Shown piece by piece: positions 53,911-64,000 of a stretch of 64,000 nucleotides of DNA. A program made the position numbers and the translations under genes. Under the pieces are notes generated by a model. The model did not search any database, was not told the DNA's origin, and worked only from the letters and a program-made list of their open reading frames with translations. The stretch is from Eledone cirrhosa (lineage: Eukaryota). The stretch lies in the NCBI GenBank assembly GCA_964016885.1, contig OZ024758.1, forward strand, positions 11,656,001-11,720,000. The letters run 5' to 3'. The number at the start of each line of letters is the position of its first letter. Position 1 is the first letter of the stretch.

Positions 53911-55669
53911 CATTATTCTCTCTCTTGTATATGCCCGTCCTCTCTCTCCAACCATTAGGTATCAGTATAAAGAGAAGTTTATCTCTATATATACCAACTC
54001 CATGTTGTTATTTTCATTACTTTCTAATAGGCGATGAACGACGAAGTATCTAAAAATAAATTCCATCTGGTTAAATAAATTAACTTTACATTTTATTCTT
54101 ACCAGCTTTGCTAAATCAACCCTGAGTCAAATATTAGTATAGATGAAACTGTCAACGCTTCTTCACTTATCTATATATACATTTTATATATGTACTGCTT
54201 ATATTTTATTGTTTATTTCTTTAATAAATATTAATGACCGTGTAATATGGAATGGTTGATGAATTTAATTGTGTTTTCTTTTGGTGTTCATCGCTGTTGG
54301 CTTCCAATTAAAATGGCAATCACGGTTCCATTTCCTTTGCCTGCAAATCCGAATAGTTTAAAGCTAAACTGAATGCAAGAAAACCTAATCGTATATAAAA
54401 TAATTTCAACTTCATATCGAATGGGTTATAATGATTCACTAACGTTGTTGCATTAGAATTAGACACTTCGAAAAGCAATAGCTCACAAAAAACACGTGAA
54501 ACAGCACTTGGCGGATGGTGGAATGCTCCGTTTCACAAATTATTTATTACACAGTGAAGGATATGAAGGCAATATGTTCTAATTGTACATTTACTATTAA
54601 AGAAGCTCTCATGGGTGTGCTCCAAGCAATACCGTAACTAAAACAACAGAAATATCTAATGAAAGAAAGACTGAAAGAGCTCCATTTCAATCTTTTATTT
54701 GTTTCAGTCTGCGAGCTGTGGCCATGCTGCGGCACTGAAAAAACGCATTAAATCTTTCAATACATTCTTGTCATATCAGCTACACAGCAAAACCAAACCT
54801 CAATATGTCTAATTTTTCAAAATATTATATTTATGTATTTATCTTTTCTTTTATTTGTCTGTTTGCCGTGTTTACACCATCTGCAGTTACAGAAGCAGTT
54901 TCACATGCAGCAGGTCTAAAGTGTGACGTATTTTGTATAAAAGAACAACACAACTTCAGTTGATGCTTTGCCTGTCTCTATACCTTAGACAAATAAAAAT
55001 AACTAGTACAGTTCACCCAGTATATTTGCTGTATAATTTAACAATGATACAAGTCAACGAAAATCTATTACGTGATCAACTAACTGCCCTGTTAGAAATG
55101 TTAGAAACCATCCTTTATTCACTCCCACGAAAATATCTGCCATCGTTCAATTAGATTCTCATTCCATCCTGCCAACAACAACAACAGCAATAAACAAATA
55201 AAATACGACGAGATTGACAAGAACATTTGGAGTGGTTAGACAGAAATATCCGCTTTGAAGAGAACCATCATATGCTTCAAATTTATTTTAATACTTATAA
55301 ATTTATAGAAGATAACGCATATTTATCATCAGGCGTATGAATGGAATTTGAAATATGAAAAACTGGGGCGAAATATTTTTATCTAAAGCTGGACGCTAGA
55401 AAGTGTCAGTATGATAAACCTATCACAGGCCACGTCAGCAACGCACAAACAACAGACATACATACATAGATACATAGATACATAGGTACATATACATATA
55501 TATATATCGGTACATAAATGTATACATAAATATACATACATATATAAAAATATATATAAATAAACATTTATAAATATGTACATCCATACAAATATTTATA
55601 GATAGAAAGAAGGACGCGTAGACAATGTATATGTATGTGTATATATATAAATTAATGTATACATACATG

Positions 55670-55722
<53 letters not shown>

Positions 55723-55856
55723 AGTATGTTTTGAAACAGTGAGCGAGCTTGAAATTAGAAATATAAGCTATCACCGTATTTTTGACTAAATAAATTTTTA
55801 CCCTGATGGTGGGGTTTAGAACCATCAGAGAAATGGAAAAAGATGAGTATTGACGT

Positions 55857-55913
<57 letters not shown>

Positions 55914-55924
55914 CATATATACAT

Positions 55925-55971
<47 letters not shown>

Positions 55972-55982
55972 CATATATACAT

Positions 55983-56060
<78 letters not shown>

Positions 56061-58145
56061 ATACATACATACACACATATATACACACACATACCCTAGA
56101 ACATAATATTCAGACTACATGTGAAGAGAATTTACATTAAAACCTTACTATCGATTTTTAGATAACAGATTCACAGCATCACTTTTACAGTAATATTTGT
56201 GGCGTCAATTAGCGTTAACGGGAATCTAACTCGCCCGGTGCTTATCAGGGAAACTTCTCAGTCTGTATTACACATGTCTGTTGTCTAAGATTGATTTACT
56301 GTTGTTGTTGCTGCTGCTGTTGTTGTAGTTATTTAAACCCAGGTCAAATCTGCTGGGGCATAGCTGTAACGAAATATGATCTAGATAATATCTGTTTATT
56401 TATTCAACAGTATCTATGACTGGAGAAGGTTGGGCTTCACCGGGTTTAACATATGACCAAGAAAGACTGTATGCCAATACGGTGCCTCTACGACTCCATT
56501 GGGAGTTACGGGATGAAACAAAAAGACAAAATCTAAGTGAACCATATTTAATGAAGCCTTCATTTATTTTTAAGACGGTGGTGTACAGTTTTTAATGATG
56601 GCGTTTTATTTGCTGCTTCTCAAATCTTGAGTATCTTTATAAAAACACTGACGGTGGTTGTTTCAATATGGATTTAGTTTCTTTGATTATAGCAACCGCA
56701 ATATAGTACTGGTATTCATATTTTGAAGATATTAGAAGGTATTTCACACTAGTGGTATTTGAGCTTTTCACATTGATGGGGGCAGGGTGGCATTATGAAG
56801 ATTACAATGCATATCTCTCATCCATTATGATGGGGTGGTGATGCTTTAGATTAGCACTTTATTTTCACTTTGATACTGGCTGCAGAAGAGAAAGGGAAGC
56901 GCTAAACTCAAGGATCACCTTGACATATATAGATATATATATATGAATCATGTCAATCTCCATTGAATGTCCACTCCTTTCGTCGGAATATACGTTGTAT
57001 GTGTTATATATATGGTTTGAAATTATCGACTATATTTGTATATATATATATTTTACACACTGTTATTAGCTAGAGTACCAATACGACGAGGTGATTAACA
57101 GGCACGATCTGTTTGCTAAATGTTATGTTTTCATAGAGAATTTATATACCGTTAGGATATGAGTTTCTAGCGCTTTTAAAACATAGAGTAAATAATACCT
57201 TCATCAGTTATATCAACAGATGTACGGAAACAATTGTAAGATGTAATAAAACATATTCCGTAGTGTTTATCGTACATCCAACATTCTATGACGTGTATAT
57301 TTAACTAGATAAAGAATGTTCTGTAGAAACATAAAATGGTGTTAAGCTACAACATAGTATTCAGTATTTACTCGTCGTAAATACGTAATTAAAAGTTAGG
57401 AAACATATTCAGCAACATACACAAGCTTATATGTAAATATATAGTTTAAAATTCTACACCATGTTCCGCAACATACACAAATCTATACGCAAATATATAA
57501 CTGGAAATTGTACAATATGTTCATTAACATTCACAGGTATACACGCAAATGTAAGAGTCTCATAAAAACCTGTCATTATGAGTATATTTTTATATATAAA
57601 TATATCTATCATAAAGAAGGAAAATGTTTTGTAATTTAAAGGAAATGATTCTAAATTTTGAAGTGAATTAAAAATAATACGGAGAAAGATATTTAAAAAA
57701 AGGTATCCACAGAGTAATTTTAAAAATAGCCATTTCTTCACAAAATTATTCATTATTAAAATTTTATAGCATGTAATACACTTTAAATCGATTTATCTTA
57801 AGCCTGATGAATAATGTTTTTCAGCAATCACTTAGCTACACAAGCAATAAAGATATCTGTATTTTCCAAGCATCTTAGCAAAGGTTTGGCAAACATAAAA
57901 CAGTAGGAGGTGCAGAGAAAGAGAGAGATAAGAATACATCTCTTATTTGAGCTCCAGCCTGTTTCCGACCCAGATAACATTATCATATTTTCAGCAACAT
58001 TTTCACGTATATATGTGTTTTCCAGCATGTAGATGTCGAAAGCATGATGTCTAAATTAAGCCTATATGATTTATAAATCTTACATAACACTCCTACATAC
58101 AAATACACACACTCCCTGTATGTATATGTATATATGTATGGATAT

Positions 58146-58178
<33 letters not shown>

Positions 58179-58221
58179 AGTAGAAGTTCTATTTAATTTG
58201 TTAGAAGTCCGACAAACACAT

Positions 58222-58317
<96 letters not shown>

Positions 58318-58576
58318 GGAAGCAGAAAATTGCTTATTGTGATCCAGTTCGTGGTTAAGAAATACAGTTTCATGGATGGTTTCAACGTACGGTTAGGGGT
58401 AACTCCACAAGTTTGTAAGAATTCCGTTCAATCTTGGAGTATAAAGTATAAAAGAGAAAACACAGGTAAGCATTAAGAGAAGGATTTTATCCAGGGATTT
58501 ACGACCGTTTCATTGGTAAGTGCAACCTTATATTGCTATACTCTCTTAATGCTTACCTGGGATTTCTCTTTTATAC

Positions 58577-58608
<32 letters not shown>

Positions 58609-59636
58609 CCATCATGTATACTTATATTTAGATGAATATGTGTAGCTGTGCACATATGTTTATGCATGCATAGCCACCTCCACACAAAAATATATATTTA
58701 TGTATATATGCATATGCACGTATGTATGATTTATGTATGCATATATGAATAAAATGTATATGCATGTATGTATCTGCATGAATGTATCTATTTTTTAGCA
58801 TAGTTATATTTAAATACACGTACCGTATATATAGATGGAACTAGAAAGAGAGAAGTGTGATAAATATTTATATATAGAAGACACAATTGATGTAAACACA
58901 TCCGAATCGAATCATTTCTGTAGATATTCAAACGGAAATACGTTTAGATAGCATATCTGTTTGCCTATAATGTAAAATTATACATTATCGGCAAAATACC
59001 CAACTTTATAACACCAGATTGTTCCTGTTAAACACATTAGCCCCACTCACTTGATCAAATATGTAATGGACTGTCCAATATGGGTGACGGAAAGCAAATG
59101 TAATCATGGCTTCTTAATTCAGAGATTAACCTTCAGATACACAGGCATACAGAATTCTCCAAATATCATTAGATACGTATGAAACTTGAGCTTCTTATTT
59201 CAATGGAAAACGTTCAATTGATCCAAAGCCTATAGAAAACTTTACTCCAAAGATTATAGAAAACTTTATGTCTATTCGAGTGTTCAAATTATTTGAAATT
59301 TCCCAAAACTTCACCAATATCCTAAATTCCTTAACCGATTTCTGCAATCGTTACCCTATGGTTACTGAATTAATTTTAAAACAATAGAAAATCCCATTTA
59401 AAGATAACGTCTCAGGACCCTTTCTCTATGAACGTTCTCTCGTAACCTTCTTCGACTCTCGCCTTTTCAGTCTAAACCGCCCCTAAACACATATATTCAT
59501 GTAAAGCGACATATGCAATGATTTCCGCTTACAAAGTTCTACAACTAAACTTAACCACACATATTCTGGAACCAACTGTTTCAACAGCAAAGCTGAGTGC
59601 CATCGGATCCCGGCTCACCTGTCTATGTCACTGTTG

Positions 59637-59696
<60 letters not shown>

Positions 59697-59700
59697 TATA

Positions 59701-59892
59701 TAACGAAGGAAATGTGGTAAGGAACCAGGTGGACCATAACGCACCAAAGTACTCAATACTTAGGGTAGTAGAGTGGGTAATAGGAACAAGTAAGACCCCG
59801 ACGGCTGAGCTCAAGCCGTTTCGACGGCTAATTCTGTACTCAATTAGCCGTCGAAACGGCTTGAGCTCAGCCCTCGGGGTCTTACTTGTTCC

Positions 59893-59894
<2 letters not shown>
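59701..59894. mobile_element. Fold-back PLE pLTR, family C
   Basis: Same arms; centre TAATTCTGTACTCAATTA. Confidence 0.8.
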
Positions 59895-59923
<29 letters not shown>

Positions 59924-59942
59924 TTTCGAAAATATTCTTACT

Positions 59943-59976
<34 letters not shown>

Positions 59977-60505
59977 GTATGTATTACTTCACACCTTCTT
60001 TAACTCTGCCTTTATATGTTTTTTCTTTAATACATGCACTCTTAGATAAGAATCGCTGTGAGAGAAATTAACAGAGAAGAAAATACTGCAAACTAAGTAA
60101 TTATAGTTACACATGCGAAATATAATGATTCGTTACAGTTTCAACAACCGAGTTTCTCCGAGGTATTATTAATCAAAAAGACACCCACCTAATGATATTA
60201 AAAATCTAAAACGAACATAAAATAACGAACGTTGATGATAATAAATAGAAAATATATACAATGAACCACAGTTGGCATGTGTTATTTTATTTATTTCTGC
60301 TCTCCTACTAGAGTATAATATGTAATGTTGTTGTGCGTGAGACAACCTGATGGGAATTCGGAAATGTTGCTCTCTTTTAATAAATGACCAGTAATGTGAT
60401 TTAGAAGAAAAAGTCCTCAAAATACATCAGACTTTAACATTTTATCTAAACTTTACAGATTTCCTGTTGAGTAAATAAAAACAGACACAGACACATAGAC
60501 ACACA

Positions 60506-60541
<36 letters not shown>

Positions 60542-60970
60542 TGCACACATACACACACACACACATAGACACACACATGCACACAGACACACACGCATAC
60601 ACACACAAACAAACACATATACACACATACACACAGACACACACACACGCACACACACATATACACACACATGCACACAGACACATACACATACATACAC
60701 AGGCACACACACAGACACATAGACACACACATGCACACAGACACACACACATACACACACATACACACAAACAGACACATATACACACATACACACAGAC
60801 ACACACACGCACACACACACATATACACACACATGCACACAGACACATACATACACAGACACACACACAGACACATAGACACACACACACACAATATCAT
60901 CAACATCATCATCACCATATCATCATCATCGTCACCACCACCACCACCACATCACCACCACCAAATTCTT

Positions 60971-61112
60971 ATTTAGTCCAGAATTAGCCGTCGAAACGGC
61001 TTGAGCTCTGCCGTCGGGGTCATACTTGTTCCTATTACCCACTCTACTACCCTAAGTATTAAGTACTTTGGTGCGTTATGGTCCATCTGGTTCCTTACCA
61101 CAATTCCTTCGT

Positions 61113-61115
<3 letters not shown>
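60971..61115 (+). mobile_element. Family C pLTR, single arm
   Basis: Starts TTTAGTCCAGAATTAGCCGTCGAAAC and ends TTCCTTCGTTA(TA)n. Confidence 0.8.
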
Positions 61116-61150
<35 letters not shown>

Positions 61151-61174
61151 CACACAGACACACACATATATATG

Positions 61175-61215
<41 letters not shown>

Positions 61216-62397
61216 GGAGCGGAGGGGGGTAGCGAGAGGTAGGAGAGAGAGAGGGGGGGGGGGAGAGAGAGAATTAATATATATATGAGTATCTAGTTGC
61301 TGTGTTTAGAGGTTTCAGCATTTTTAAAGCCTCCCATGATTTGAACAACATTGCAAGCACAGTAATACCTCTTTCTCCGTTAAAGGCATTACTATATATT
61401 GCATAGTTCCTCTGAGCGTAGATTAACCAATAAGTACCTCTGAGCGTAGATTAACCTGTGAGGTTCTAGCTCAAATCCAACAAGTTATCGCCTTTGTCTT
61501 TGATTTCTTTGCAATCAATTAAGCATAATACAAACATACTATAGGATGAATACACTCAAGTGCAGACTTCCTATACAAATATTACATTAATGCTGATGAA
61601 AAACAATCTGTTTAATGCGACTTGTGATATTGTTGTTGTTGTCATTCTCAAGGTCAGCCCTGATTAAGCCTGTGTAATGAAAGGTATTCGAGCCGTTAAA
61701 AATCTGTCTTATTGCAGATATTGTTTAAATAGCACTACATTAATGTCAGTAGATTGAGAGTTTAATGGTATCAATGTAACTAATACGAGCAACTTTCTGC
61801 AAACTACGGCGTTAGCTGGGAATGGTTAATGTGGCGTATGTGTTGGTGGCATTAATGCAGAGCTTTTATTTATAATTAGGTGGTGATCATAAAATACTGG
61901 TGCCTCACGGTGATAAACTGAGTAGACAGAATACTATCCGTTGATTATTCGACCGATGGAATAATATCCTTATTGGTTAATCGACGCGTATAACCAATAA
62001 AGTAATTAAAAGTATCATGATGAAGCATCGTTGAATCTTAACCAGTGATTACACGCCCATATCGTGTATCTAACACCCGTTATTCCTTGCCCTCTCATTC
62101 ATTCTTTCAACAGCCTTTTATCTGTTCATCTGTGCTTAAGCTTCTCGCATTCTCTTAACCTTTCCTTGTTCCATTAGTGTTTACGTTTACGTACAGCTTG
62201 TGTAAGCTTGTAAAAATACATTTATAAGCCACATGCAGAAACATACACACACACACAAATATAAATATCGATTTTTGTATGCATGTTTGTACGAAATAGG
62301 TTTTCAATGCGTCTGGCGCCAGAATTACATATATTTGTTTTTAATTACTATATTACAGAGTTACATCTCTGTTCTAACCCTTATCGAACTCTAAACG

Positions 62398-62591
62398 TTT
62401 CTCCAGTTTACTCAGATCTAGAAATGAGTTGCGACGTCACTGGTAGAAAGCTACATTGACCTTTGCCTTTCACTCGAATAACATCGATGTCGTGGCTAGG
62501 AGAGGTCTGTATATATGGGCGACTGCTGGTGTACCACAGATAACCCCGCCCGGACTTGTGGTCATTCGTAACGGAAGGAGGGTTTCTTTAC

Positions 62592-62595
<4 letters not shown>
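62398..62595 (+). mobile_element. 3' part of another SINE-like repeat
   Basis: Shares CTCCAGTTTACTCAG..GAAATGAGT with the SINE at 16030-16058, then has a different tail. Confidence 0.45.
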
Positions 62596-62630
<35 letters not shown>

Positions 62631-62913
62631 AAAATAAATATACAAATATATATATATATATATATATAGTAATAATAATAAATGTGAAGACTACAATCCA
62701 AAGAGGGGTCGATAAGGAAAATATATATCAAATATATAAGAACCATAGAGCAAATATTTATTAAAATAACAGATTAAAGTTTAAGCAAAGAATCGTTGCT
62801 TTCACCTTTAACGGGATCATCCGAAACTAAATATATATATATATAAAAAATAGAATTATAATTTTATTCCTCGCCCTAGCACAGCTGAGACATAAATGGA
62901 AGTATGCATACGT

Positions 62914-62980
<67 letters not shown>

Positions 62981-62991
62981 CATATATATAT

Positions 62992-63468
62992 GTAAAGTTA
63001 TATTTAAAATTGTTGGGTTACAACTAGTAAATATTTATAACTGATATAAAAGCACTCGACAAATATTTGGAGTATATTTACAATATTAAATAAATGGAAA
63101 ACTATATTTATAAAACCATATTTATTTCATTATATATATTTCGGGGATATCATATTAACAATATGCTATGCCTTCATCAGACAAAATACAATATAAACAG
63201 TTTTATAGATAAATATATTCGACATACCGTAATAAACATCAACTTCATTTGAAGAGGTTTACGCTAGCAGTAAACCTCTGCTAGCGTAAACCTCTTCAAA
63301 TGAAGTTGATGTTTATTACGGTATGTCGAATATATTTATCTATAAAACTGTTTATATTGTATTTTGTCTGATGAAGGCATAGCATATTGTTAATATGATA
63401 TCCCCGAAATATATATAATGAAATAAATATGGTTTTATAAATATAGTTTTCCATTTATTTAATATTGT
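62992..63468. mobile_element. Fold-back pLTR, family A2; HHRs at 63123-63188 (-) and 63360-63425 (+)
   Basis: About 180-bp near-perfect inverted arms; TATTTTGT-CTGATGA-aGG...CCc-GAAA-TATATATA^-ATGAAATA. Confidence 0.85.
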
Positions 63469-64000
63469 ATATACATATATATATATACATACACGGCTAC
63501 CTCCATATTCCTTCAATGTCATTGTTTATCGTTTAATTTTAGTTATTCTTGTTGCAAACCTTAGGTAATTTAATAGATATTTATTAAATACATTTCTGTA
63601 TCATCTGAAAACTGACAAAACATTAAGTAAGTCAACTTTTTTAGTCTACTGAGAGACATAACATATTTTTGTTATATATTAAATCATAGTTTCAAACGTT
63701 GATTACGATGTCCTCAAATATTCAGGTCTATTCTTTCTCTCTCGAAAAAAAATATACTAATGGTAACAAACGACTGTTTATAATGAGAATAAACTGTAAA
63801 TAAACAAATATATATATACATTTAAATTAGTGACAGTCAGACGATATGGCGAGCGAGAGGCAGACGAATGAAACCAAAGAGGAATTGAATCATATTAAAA
63901 GTTTAAATAAAATAAGTATATTCACTCACTCACAACAAAAGACCAATAGACCAAAACATAAAATAATTACTATATATCTAAAACTGACAATAATTACACC

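Noticed and set aside
55800-55830. CTGATGGT...ACCATCAG hairpin as a hammerhead
   Set aside because: The core is imperfect and there is no correctly placed GAAA or stem III

Overview
Very AT-rich, microsatellite-saturated eukaryotic non-coding DNA. The SINE repertoire resembles a mollusc/cephalopod such as Octopus; this is an inference. No intact host gene can be supported, and almost all listed ORFs are translations of (TA)n, (CA)n, (GA)n, (TAG)n or (CAC)n tracts. The window is a mosaic of retroelement debris: about 20 tRNA-derived SINE copies, a Deu/Nin-domain-like SINE, two non-autonomous RTE-like elements, a Tx1/L1 3' end and several minisatellites. The main signal is roughly 30 short islands embedded in (TA)n tracts. 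Many are fold-back (inverted-repeat) structures, and they fall into at least ten distinct sequence families. By manual folding, most families contain a type I hammerhead ribozyme (HHR). Two islands are attached to the C-terminal remnant of a Penelope-like (PLE) GIY-YIG ORF, which identifies them as PLE pseudo-LTR (pLTR) ends. Unusual details include a U3-A8 core variant with very long arms, a recurrent U.U pair at positions 10.1-11.1, a tandem duplication ending exactly at a predicted cleavage site, inversion centres clustered at the ribozyme, and a conserved GGTATGTC motif upstream of the HHR. All folds were read by eye and none was tested for activity.
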